From Gemmatimonadota bacterium (GTDB taxonomy: Bacteria; Gemmatimonadota; Gemmatimonadetes; Palauibacterales; KS3-K002), in the NCBI GenBank assembly GCA_039589375.1, contig JBDHHL010000008.1, positions 1-43,394 of the forward strand: a stretch of 43,394 bases of DNA, read 5' to 3'. Of the stretch, positions 21,221-30,013 are shown piece by piece. The translations under genes and the position numbers were made by a program. The notes beneath the pieces were generated by a model that did not search any database, was not told the DNA's origin, and saw nothing but the letters and a program-made list of their open reading frames with translations. The number at the start of each line of letters is the position of its first letter. Within the stretch, counting starts at the first letter, position 1.

Positions 21221-23038
21221 ATGCTAAGCTCGATGCGTCGAAACACCAAGATTATCATGCTGGTTGTCGCCATCGCCTTCGTCGGCCTGATGGTCTTCGA
21301 GTGGGGCATGGACATGTCTGGCCGTAGCTCGCCGGGAGCAGGAGCCGTCGGCGAGGTCGGCAGCGTGAACGGTACTACGATCAGCTACCAGGTCTGGACT
21401 CGCGCCTTCCGCACCTTCACGGACCAAGCCCGACAGCAGAAGGGCTCGGCGCTCAACGACCTCGAGATCGACTACATCGAAGAGCAAACTTGGAACGAAT
21501 TGATCAGGGAGATCCTGATCGACCAAGAGATCGATCGGCTGGGCATCAAGGTCACCGACGATGAGGTCCGGATGGCCTTTCAGACATCTCCCCCACCATG
21601 GCTGGTCAATAACGAGCTCTTCCAGACGGATGGCCAGTTCGATTTCGGGAAGTACCAGGCGTACTTCTCCAGCCCCGCCGTCGACCCGCTACTGCTCAGT
21701 CAGATCGAGCAGTACTACCGCGACATTCTGCCGCGTGTTCGGCTCTACGAGGAGGTTGGCAGCGGCATCTACGTGGCCGATTCAGAGTTGTGGCACATCT
21801 ATCGTGACCGTAGCGAGCAGGTCCAGGTCAGCTACGTCATCTTCGACCCCGAAACGCAGATCGAAGATTCCGAGGTCTCCGTGCCGGACGGCGAGCTGCT
21901 GAGCTACTACGAGGAGAACCGCGAGGACTTTCGCCAGCCCGCAACTGCGACGGTGACGGTGGTGGAACTGACTCGCGCGGCCGAGGCTTCCGACACGGCG
22001 GCTGCGCTCGAGAGAGCGCGCAACCTTCGGCAAGAGGCCGTGGATGGGGCCGATTTTGTCGAGCTGGCCAGCGCGAACAGCGCCGACGCCGGGTCGGCTG
22101 CGCAGGGCGGTGACCTGGGTTGGTTCGGCCGAGGCGACATGACTCCGCCCTTCGAGGCGGCCGCTTTCGAGCTCGAGCCGGGGCAGATCTCGGAGCCCGT
22201 TCTCACGGACTACGGATATCACATAATCAAGGTCGCCGAGAAGGAAGACGACCGGGTTCGCGCCTCGCATATCCTGTTGCGGATCGAGATGGCCGGTGGG
22301 AGCGAGGACCGGCTCCTGACCATGGTCGATCGTCTAGAGCGCGTTGCGCTGAAGAACGGCCTAGACGCGGCCATCGACTCGGTCGGTACGGCAGGTCGCC
22401 AGGTGACACTAACCGAAGGCAGCGACTTCGTGCCGGGGATTGGCCCGTTCAGCCCAGCCACCGGGTGGGCCTTCCACGATTCGACCTTCGCCGGCGATGT
22501 CAGCCCCGTGTATGAGACCGACCAAGGGTTCCACGTTTTCGAGCTGGTCCAACGCGCGCCCGAGAGCTACCTGACCTTCGCGGACGCGGAGGCGTCAGTC
22601 CGGCGCCGTCTGTTGTCGGAAAAGAAGATCGAGACGTCGCGCTGGCAGGCAGAGCAGATCGCCGTCGAGTTCGCTAGCGGGAGTTCGCTCGAGGAGGTCG
22701 CGGCTGCCCACGGCATGGACGTCCAGACCACCGACCTGTTTTCGCGGCTCGACTTCGTGCCGGGCTTGGGGCAGTACAACAAGGTGATCGGCGCTGCGTT
22801 CGGCTCGGAGCCAGGCAAGACCTCGGGTCCGTTCGAGTCAGACGGTCGCCTGTACTTCTTACATGTCGTCAACCGGGTCGAGGCGAACCGCGAAGCGTTC
22901 GATGCGGGGAAAGAAACGCTCCGTGCCCAGTTGACGATGCAGCGCCGCGAGTCGGCTGTGAATGAGTGGCTCTCCGACCTGCGCGAACAAGCAGAGATTC
23001 AGGATTGGCGGAGACAAGCCTTCGTGCCGAGGTCGTAG
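21221..23038 (+). CDS. PpiD/SurA-like periplasmic chaperone with parvulin-type peptidyl-prolyl isomerase domain
   Basis: 605 aa. N-terminal anchor [22 protein letters not shown]. Parvulin domain [41 protein letters not shown]. The only + strand gene. GAGAGGAAGGA upstream of the ATG. Confidence 0.85.
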   Translation: MLSSMRRNTKIIMLVVAIAFVGLMVFEWGMDMSGRSSPGAGAVGEVGSVNGTTISYQVWTRAFRTFTDQARQQKGSALNDLEIDYIEEQTWNELIREILIDQEIDRLGIKVTDDEVRMAFQTSPPPWLVNNELFQTDGQFDFGKYQAYFSSPAVDPLLLSQIEQYYRDILPRVRLYEEVGSGIYVADSELWHIYRDRSEQVQVSYVIFDPETQIEDSEVSVPDGELLSYYEENREDFRQPATATVTVVELTRAAEASDTAAALERARNLRQEAVDGADFVELASANSADAGSAAQGGDLGWFGRGDMTPPFEAAAFELEPGQISEPVLTDYGYHIIKVAEKEDDRVRASHILLRIEMAGGSEDRLLTMVDRLERVALKNGLDAAIDSVGTAGRQVTLTEGSDFVPGIGPFSPATGWAFHDSTFAGDVSPVYETDQGFHVFELVQRAPESYLTFADAEASVRRRLLSEKKIETSRWQAEQIAVEFASGSSLEEVAAAHGMDVQTTDLFSRLDFVPGLGQYNKVIGAAFGSEPGKTSGPFESDGRLYFLHVVNRVEANREAFDAGKETLRAQLTMQRRESAVNEWLSDLREQAEIQDWRRQAFVPRS

Positions 23039-23060
23039 ACCCGACAGCGTACGGCGTAGG

Positions 23061-23357
23061 TCAGAGCAACATCCGCGATACGTAGGCCACCAGGAGCACT
23101 CCGGCCACGCTGAACAGATTCACGTTCAGCGCGATCGGACCCACCGTGATCGCGAGCACAATCAGATCCATACTCAGCGGTCCGACGCTTGCCGACACCG
23201 TGGTGGTGAAGAACTCGCGGAAAGGGCCCTCGGGAAGGAACCAGAGGGACAGCTTGGTCAGGATGGCGCCGAGCAGGAAGCCGAGGACCAGAATCGTCAC
23301 CACCCGCCAAGGCGACCGGGCCGCCGGTCTGGCCAGAAGTCCGTCCCCTCTAGTCAC
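23061..23357 (-). CDS. small membrane protein, DUF4321-like
   Basis: 98 aa, two hydrophobic segments. The pattern ...PLSMDLIVLAITVGPIALNVNLFSVAGVLLVAYVSR resembles DUF4321 as I remember it. GTGA overlap with the upstream polyprenyl synthase stop suggests translational coupling. Confidence 0.6.
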   Translation of the reverse strand: MTRGDGLLARPAARSPWRVVTILVLGFLLGAILTKLSLWFLPEGPFREFFTTTVSASVGPLSMDLIVLAITVGPIALNVNLFSVAGVLLVAYVSRMLL

Positions 23358-24340
23358 AGGCGCCGCTCCACAGTGTAGTTGACCGCTTCATAGAGAGCCG
23401 CGGCGCTCGGGCTTTCAGGCAGATCAGCAATCGCCGCAAGCGCCTCGTCGGCAAAGGCCCGGGCCTTCTCACGCGCGAACTCGACCCCACCTGCAGCCTC
23501 GGTCGCCTCGACAACCTGCAATATGGTCCCGTCGTCCGGCTCGGGGTCGGCAAACAGAGCGTTGACGGCCAAGCGCTGCTTGCGGCTGAACCTTGGAAGC
23601 GCGGCGATCAAGGGAAGCGTGACCTTGTGCTCGCGCAGGTCCTGTCCGCATGGTTTGCCTGTCACGTCCTGGGTACCGGAATAGTCGAGGATGTCGTCCA
23701 CAACCTGAAAGGCCATTCCCAGCGCGTAGCCGTATGCTTTCAGCCGGTTGCGGTAGACAGGGTCGCCGACCATGGTCCCCAGCTCGCACGCCGCTGACAT
23801 CAAAGACGCCGTCTTAGCCCCGATCAGTCGGTAGTAGTCCTCTTCCGTGAACTTGAGGGAGTCATGCATGACAAGCTGCCGCATCTCCCCGACGGTCATG
23901 GTATTCGCCGCCTCGGCGAGAACCCCGATCACGTCGACCCGCTCGAGCTTGGTCATCTCCATGACCGATCGAGAGTACAGGTAGTCGCCCATGATTATGG
24001 CGACTTGGTGTCCCCACACGGAGTTCACGGTCGGCATTCCACGACGCAACACGGAGTGATCGACGGCGTCGTCGTGAACGAGCGTGGCCAAGTGAACTGC
24101 CTCCACGACTGCCGCCAGCAAGCTGGCTTCTTTGGCCGGCTTGCCACCGATCTCGTTGCAGAGGAAGAGCAGCGTGGGTCTAAACAGCTTCCCTCGCTTC
24201 AAGAGGATGTAGTCGTTGACTTCCTCGATCAGATCGAACTCCTCCACGACCAAGCGCCGGATAGTATCCGCGAGCCCGTCGAGTCTCTCACGGACAGGTT
24301 CCTGAATCCGGTCTAGATCTGGAGGAGCAGTTCGCAGCAT
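23354..24340 (-). CDS. long-chain polyprenyl diphosphate synthase (IspB/HepT-like)
   Basis: 328 aa. First Asp-rich motif LVHDDAVD, second FQVVDDILD, plus KFRP and GKPCGQDLREHKVTLP blocks. Product chain length is not inferable. Confidence 0.92.
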   Translation of the reverse strand: MLRTAPPDLDRIQEPVRERLDGLADTIRRLVVEEFDLIEEVNDYILLKRGKLFRPTLLFLCNEIGGKPAKEASLLAAVVEAVHLATLVHDDAVDHSVLRRGMPTVNSVWGHQVAIIMGDYLYSRSVMEMTKLERVDVIGVLAEAANTMTVGEMRQLVMHDSLKFTEEDYYRLIGAKTASLMSAACELGTMVGDPVYRNRLKAYGYALGMAFQVVDDILDYSGTQDVTGKPCGQDLREHKVTLPLIAALPRFSRKQRLAVNALFADPEPDDGTILQVVEATEAAGGVEFAREKARAFADEALAAIADLPESPSAAALYEAVNYTVERRL

Positions 24341-24429
24341 ATGCGTGCCTCGCCAACGTCATCACGATCGTGGTGAGATAGTCAGGCGCACACTTTAGCG
24401 TGGTTAGAGGAGGTTTGTCAAAGGGGTGG

Positions 24430-26907
24430 TCACTGCCTCAGCGATGACACACGCTGCGAGGCATCTTTGAAGCGAACGTCACAGCCCATCACGCGCTCGT
24501 ACCATTCGACAGCCGAACCCTTCTCTCCCAACTCTTCGTGGGCACGGCCCATGGCGTAGTAGATCTCGATCAGCTCCTCGTCCTTGTGGCCCGGTGCCTG
24601 AACAGCACGTGAAAGGACCTTGACAGCGATTCGGTGGTCGCCCTTTTCGCTGAAGCAAGCCCCGAGCATCTCGATGGCGCGAAGACGGTATTCCGGATTG
24701 CGCGCGGCAATCTGGAACTCGGCAATCGCCTCATCCAACAGGCCCATGTCCCTGTAGGCGCAGCCAAGATCGTAATGACTCGAGGAATCTTCCTTCTCGA
24801 TAGCGTCGGACACCATCGACTTGAACTGTTTGAGCATCTCGGCGAAGTTGACATCCGCTTCGCTCTGCGGGTCAGCTGCAGATACTCGGAAACGCGTGCT
24901 CTTCGCCTCTGCCTTCTCTTCCTCGACGACGAGCGAGCGCAAATCGACGTACCGGTCCGTCTCCGGGGATCTCGCGGTTTCCGCCGCCGCTGGTTGCGCA
25001 CCGGTCGCCGCGCCGCCAAGCAGTTCCAAGGCCGCGGTGGCCCGGCGGTTATCAGGATCCAGCTCCAAGACGCGCGCGTAAACGATCATCGCCTTGTTGC
25101 TGGCATCCGTGCGGTCGAGGCAGTCGGCCAGATCGAGATACGCCGGGATCAGCGCACCGCGGTCCTTTGCCATCAGGGCCAACTCCACCCGCTTCTGGTA
25201 GGCCCGCACGTCGTTCATGTCGACCTGCAGCAGCTCGTCGATGACCCGCTGCGCGTCTTCGTAGCGGCCCTGGTCCTCGTACGCCTGGGCGGCCTCGCTC
25301 AGGTGGCCGATAGCCGCTTCACGATCGCCGGCCTCGAGGAAGGCTTCAGATAGCTCGACGAGGATATCCGGGGTACGGCCGACGGTCTCGAGCTGAGACT
25401 CCAGCTCCCGTAGCCGGTCCGCAGGGACAGCGACAGGTTCCGGCTCGGCTTCGACGACCGGCTCGGTAGCCATCGGCGGTCGAGCTTCGACCGGCTCATC
25501 AACGGCGACCGGCGGCTCCTCGAGTGGCAGCTCCGCCGGTTCAGGCGGCACCAAGCCGTACTCCTCGTCGGAGAGCTCCGCGGCCTCCGCGACGGCGACC
25601 TCCTCTTCGGCAGCCAGTGTCGTCGGCACTATGTCGAGGTCTTCATCTCCGGCCAGCCCCGCTTCCTCCGCCTCGGCCCATTCCTGCGGCTCTTCCAGCG
25701 TGGTCGGTACGATACCGACTTCGCCGGATGACACCTCGTCGTCCAGCTCCTCGAACCCACCGGCATCGATGAACTCGGTTGGAACGATCTCCAGGTCTTC
25801 TTCGCCCAGAAAAGCATCGTCCAAATCGGTCGCGGCTGCCGTGCCAACCAAGTCCGCCGGTATGTCCTCGAGACCCTCAACGGCCGCTGTTTCACCGCGG
25901 GCCATCTCAGCCAGTCGGTCCGGGTCCTCGAGGGTGGTTGGCATGAGCTCGAGCGAAGCTCCCGCGGCTACCGAGTCGTAGGGCTCGCGCTCTGTGTCAT
26001 CGAAGTCCCCGGCTTCCAAATCAAGCGGGCTCACGCTGTAGGCGCTCAGGTCTTGTTGCGCGAGCGGTCCCTCGGCGACTGGCTCAGCCACAAGATTCTC
26101 GGCCACGACAGGCTCGGTTTCCTCGTTGGGCAGCTCAGCAGAGGAAACCTCCGATTCGGTAGGCACAGAATCCGTTTCCCGAGCGGGCGCCGGTTCGGCC
26201 TCGGGCTCATCGTAGGGGAGGATCTCCGGCAGATCCATGATGCCCTCGAAGTCAGAGGCGGCCACCGTGGACTCCTCCGGCGGCTCGACCTCCGGATCCC
26301 TGTGCGGCGCCATCTGAAGGATCTGGTCTCGCACCTCGTCGGAATCGGCCTCACGGCCTTGCAGACGGAGATCGCGCCACGCCAGGCGCAACTCCTCCAC
26401 GGCAGCGGCCTGGCGACCATGCCCGAGGAGCTGCTCCGCGATCATCAGCCGGACCTCCGGATCGGACGACACGTTAGCGAACTCGATGAGAGCGGAAAAC
26501 GCCTCATCCAGCTTGCTAGCCCGCTGCATCCGTTCGGCGTACTCGAGGAAGTGCCTACGGGCATCCGACAGGAACCCCTTCGCAGCCCCGATCTTGCCGA
26601 GTTTCAGATAAGCCGAATGCTGGTTGGGCTTGTTGCGGAGAATCTTGTTGCAGAGCGCGATCGCGTTGTTATAGAAGCCGGCGGAGAGATGACCGTCAGC
26701 GGCTTTCTCGTAGTGGTAGACCGCCTTGCTGACGTCTCCTATCCGCCGATAGAGATCACCGACACGATTGTAGAGCGCAGGATCGATCTCCCTGCGCGCC
26801 TTCCTGTCGGCCTCCATGGCGAGCTCATACGCCTCGATCGCGCGCTTCCAGTTCTCGCGCTGCTCGAAGTCCCTAGCCTTCTGCCTGTATAGAGCTCCCT
26901 CTCGCAT
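24430..26907 (-). CDS. giant acidic TPR-domain protein B (TPR N-domain, about 290-aa acidic repeat-motif spacer, TPR C-domain)
   Basis: 825 aa, ATG start. Helical-repeat N-terminus at aa 1-200. D/E/P-rich spacer at aa 205-495. C-terminal TPRs including HYDLGCAYRDMGLLDEAIAEFQIAARNPEY...EIYYAMGRAHEELGEKGSAVEWYERVMGCDVRFKDASQRV. Confidence 0.8.
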   Translation of the reverse strand: MREGALYRQKARDFEQRENWKRAIEAYELAMEADRKARREIDPALYNRVGDLYRRIGDVSKAVYHYEKAADGHLSAGFYNNAIALCNKILRNKPNQHSAYLKLGKIGAAKGFLSDARRHFLEYAERMQRASKLDEAFSALIEFANVSSDPEVRLMIAEQLLGHGRQAAAVEELRLAWRDLRLQGREADSDEVRDQILQMAPHRDPEVEPPEESTVAASDFEGIMDLPEILPYDEPEAEPAPARETDSVPTESEVSSAELPNEETEPVVAENLVAEPVAEGPLAQQDLSAYSVSPLDLEAGDFDDTEREPYDSVAAGASLELMPTTLEDPDRLAEMARGETAAVEGLEDIPADLVGTAAATDLDDAFLGEEDLEIVPTEFIDAGGFEELDDEVSSGEVGIVPTTLEEPQEWAEAEEAGLAGDEDLDIVPTTLAAEEEVAVAEAAELSDEEYGLVPPEPAELPLEEPPVAVDEPVEARPPMATEPVVEAEPEPVAVPADRLRELESQLETVGRTPDILVELSEAFLEAGDREAAIGHLSEAAQAYEDQGRYEDAQRVIDELLQVDMNDVRAYQKRVELALMAKDRGALIPAYLDLADCLDRTDASNKAMIVYARVLELDPDNRRATAALELLGGAATGAQPAAAETARSPETDRYVDLRSLVVEEEKAEAKSTRFRVSAADPQSEADVNFAEMLKQFKSMVSDAIEKEDSSSHYDLGCAYRDMGLLDEAIAEFQIAARNPEYRLRAIEMLGACFSEKGDHRIAVKVLSRAVQAPGHKDEELIEIYYAMGRAHEELGEKGSAVEWYERVMGCDVRFKDASQRVSSLRQ

Positions 26908-27142
26908 TCGCTCTCGTCTATACCTTCGTGTCTCTTACCCGCTCAACATGCCCGGATCTTCGTCCAGACGTACGCTTTCCCCGGCCCGAACGACGGTCTT
27001 GTGCACCGGATTGCGGCGCCGGCCTGCACATGAGCGCCTGGTGACCTGGCTCGCTCCTCCGTGGTTACGGGGCACACGGTTGCCCGGACCCCACCCAAGC
27101 CTATCGCGAACTGCCCATCAAGACAAGGTATGTGCTGCCGCT

Positions 27143-28390
27143 CTAGACAACCCGTCGTCCCCGCTTCCAGACACCGACGCAATGGTTGCTGCCGTACAAG
27201 TAAGGAATCAGACGGTAGTCTGGGACACCGAAGGCAGCAATATCCGCCGGGGCCCCCGGTTCCAAAGTTCCGCGCCCATCTTGCAGCTGCAGAGCCGCCG
27301 CTCCGTTCGCCGTCGCAGCAACCAACGCTTCCGCCGGCGACATGCCCAGCGTGCTACAGGCAACGCTCATCACGATCTGCAGGTTGACTGTGGGCGACGA
27401 GCCCGGATTGAAATCCGTGGCGAGGGCGACAGCCGCCCCCCGGTCAACAAGCTTGCGGGCCGGCGGATAGTCGTCCTTGCCCAAGAACAGCAGTGTACCC
27501 GGCAGAAGCGTCGCAACGGTATCGGATCCGGCGAGCGCATCGATGCCCGCATCGGTGATGGCCCCGAGATGATCGGCGGAAGCCGCCCCGAATTCGGCGG
27601 CCAGTTCAGCGCCGCCGCTTGACTCGAACTCGTCGGCGTGAATCCGCGGCACGAGCCCGTGCTCAACGGCCGCAGAGAGGATGCGCCGGGTCTCGTCGGG
27701 CGTAAACACGCCTGGCTCCATGAACACATCGCAGAACGTGGCGAGGCCCGACTCCGCCACGGCAGGGATCATCACACTGGCCACGAGTTCGACGTACTCA
27801 TCCCGGCGGTCCCGATACTCCGCGGGGAAAGAATGCGCGCCGAGAAAGGTGGGAACGAGATCGATCCAATCCTCTTCGGACAATGCCTGGATGACCCGGA
27901 GCATCTTCAGCTCGTCCTCCACAGTGAGCCCGTAGCCGCTCTTCACCTCCGCGGTCGTAGTACCGTGCTCCAGCATTCGCCTCAGTCTCGCGCGGCCAAG
28001 ATCGGCCAACTCCTGTTCGGAACGCCGGCGAAGATCCTGCACGGATGCATTGATACCACCACCGCGCCTCGCGATCTGCATGTAAGGGACCCCGGCGCAG
28101 CGCAGCTCGTACTCATCCAGCCGCCAGCGTCCGAAGACGGCGTGGGTATGCGAGTCGACGAGTCCCGGCGTCAACACGTGACCGTCGAGATCGACCCGCT
28201 GGGCGGCTGCGAAGCGCTCGCGGAGCTCGATCTGAGTCCCAACCGCTTCCACGCGCCCATCCCGCACCGCCACGGCTCCATCCTGAACGAGTCCAATCCC
28301 GGACAACGCACCGCGCCGGCGCGGCTTCGTGCCACCCGGGCACGTCAAGACCTGCGAGGCTTCCAGAACCAGCCGACCGTGCTCAGGCAT
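27143..28390 (-). CDS. hutI: imidazolonepropionase
   Basis: 415 aa amidohydrolase. [48 protein letters not shown]. Confidence 0.93.
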   Translation of the reverse strand: MPEHGRLVLEASQVLTCPGGTKPRRRGALSGIGLVQDGAVAVRDGRVEAVGTQIELRERFAAAQRVDLDGHVLTPGLVDSHTHAVFGRWRLDEYELRCAGVPYMQIARRGGGINASVQDLRRRSEQELADLGRARLRRMLEHGTTTAEVKSGYGLTVEDELKMLRVIQALSEEDWIDLVPTFLGAHSFPAEYRDRRDEYVELVASVMIPAVAESGLATFCDVFMEPGVFTPDETRRILSAAVEHGLVPRIHADEFESSGGAELAAEFGAASADHLGAITDAGIDALAGSDTVATLLPGTLLFLGKDDYPPARKLVDRGAAVALATDFNPGSSPTVNLQIVMSVACSTLGMSPAEALVAATANGAAALQLQDGRGTLEPGAPADIAAFGVPDYRLIPYLYGSNHCVGVWKRGRRVV

Positions 28391-29977
28391 CGGTCATCGG
28401 GATCTTGATACCGTGCTCTCGCGCCGTCTCGCGAGCCTGCGCGTAACCGGCGTCGGCATGGCGAGCCACGCCGATACCGGGGTCGTTGGTCAAGACGCGC
28501 TCGAGCCGCCGGGCGGCTTCCGGGGTGCCATCCGCCACGATCACCTGCCCCGCGTGCAGCGAATCGCCTATGCCGACGCCACCACCATGGTGGAAGCTGA
28601 CCCAAGAGGCGCCGCTCGCGACATTCAGCAAGGCATTGAGGATCGGCCAATCGGCGATCGCGTCGCTGCCGTCCATCATGCCCTCGGTCTCGCGGAAGGG
28701 GCTGGCCACCGAACCGGTGTCGAGATGATCCCGGCCGATGACGATTGGCGCCAATATCTCGCCGCGTGCGACCAGCTCGTTGATGGCCAGGCCGAACCTG
28801 GCCCGCTCACCCTGGCCCAGCCAGCAGATCCGCGACGGCAGTCCCTGAAACGCCACCCTCTCACTTGCCATCCTTCTCCCGACAGCGCTGCCCACCGGAA
28901 CGGTCCCTTGCCGAGACAGAAGAGCGGGCGCACATACGCCGGTACGAAGCCCGGGAAGTCGAACGCGTTCTCCACTCCGGCATCCCGTGCCTGTGCCCGG
29001 ATGTTGTTGCCGTAGTCGAACGCTACGGCACCCTGCTGCTGCATGTCGAGCATCGCACGAACATGCGAGGCCATCGACTCCATCGCCCGCGAGACATAGC
29101 CATCGGGGTCCCGCTCGCGCAGCAACGCTGCCTCGTCCACCGTAAGCCCGCTCGGGACGTACCCATTCAGCGCATCGTGGGCGCTCGTCTGGTCCGTGAC
29201 CAGGTCCGGCGTGATTCCTCTCCGCACTATCTCGGGAAGGACTTCGGCACAGTTGCCCACGAGGCCGACCGAGAGCGCTTCGCCGCGCTCGCGCGCCTTC
29301 ATCACCAGACCGAGAGCTTCGTCGATGTCTTCGGTGGCGCGATCCAGGTAGCGCGTGTCGAGACGCCGCTGAATGCGTGCCGGATCGACCTCAACGCCGA
29401 GGAAGGCGCCGCCGTTCATCGTCGCGGCGAGGGGCTGTGCTCCTCCCATCCCGCCAAGGCCACCGGTGAGTAAGAAACGTCCGGTCAGCGAGCCATCGAA
29501 ATGCGTGCGGGCGGCTGCGGCGAAGGTCTCGTAGGTTCCCTGCAAGATTCCCTGGGTACCGATGTAGATCCACGAGCCGGCCGTCATCTGGCCGTACATG
29601 ATGAGGCCTTTGCGCTCCAGATCCCTGAAGCAGTCCCAGTTGGCCCAGCGGCCCACCAGGTTGGCGTTGGCGATCAGCACCCTGGGCGCATGCTCGTAGG
29701 TGCGAAAGACGCCGACGGGCTTGCCGCTTTGAACCAAGAGCGTCTCATCGTTGCCCAACTCGCGCAAAGAAGCAACGATGGCATCGAAGGCCTCCCATGA
29801 TCGCGCGGCCCTCCCCGAGCCCCCATAGATGACCAGCTCTTCCGGCTTCTCGGCCACATCCGGGTCGAGGTTGTTCATCAGCATTCTCAGCGCCGCTTCC
29901 TGCTGCCAGCCCTTGCAGGATTTCTCAGTACCGCGCGGAGCGCGCACCGTGCGAGACTGACCGGTCACAGATGACAT
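28383..29977 (-). pseudogene. hutU: urocanate hydratase, reading frame disrupted (internal gap plus frameshift near 28871-28876)
   Basis: ORF 28676..29977 is canonical urocanase for 368 codons ([10 protein letters not shown]..., [34 protein letters not shown], ...[13 protein letters not shown]), then goes out of frame. ORF 28383..28895 continues as canonical from ATG 28871 ([19 protein letters not shown]...[14 protein letters not shown]...HHGGGVG...RHADAGY). Strong GGAGGAGG RBS before ATG 29977. Confidence 0.85.
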
Positions 29978-30013
29978 CGCCTCCTCCGATTCTTGACTAT
30001 CGCAGCGCCAGAA

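Noticed and set aside
26908-27182. Possible tRNA, SRP RNA or small ORF (79-aa ORF 26943..27182) in the hutI/TPR-B spacer
   Set aside because: There is no T-loop GTTCRANNC with a matching stem and no cloverleaf. AGCCAGGTCACC only loosely resembles the SRP helix-8 region, and the GGAAGCAGC-type motif is absent. The 79-aa ORF overlaps the hutI 3' end and has no RBS or homology. It is kept only as a low-interest structured-spacer finding.
27143-29977. hutUI as a horizontally acquired accessory island
   Set aside because: There are no flanking repeats, tRNA, integrase or obvious composition change visible by eye. The genes are co-oriented and tightly spaced with their core neighbours.
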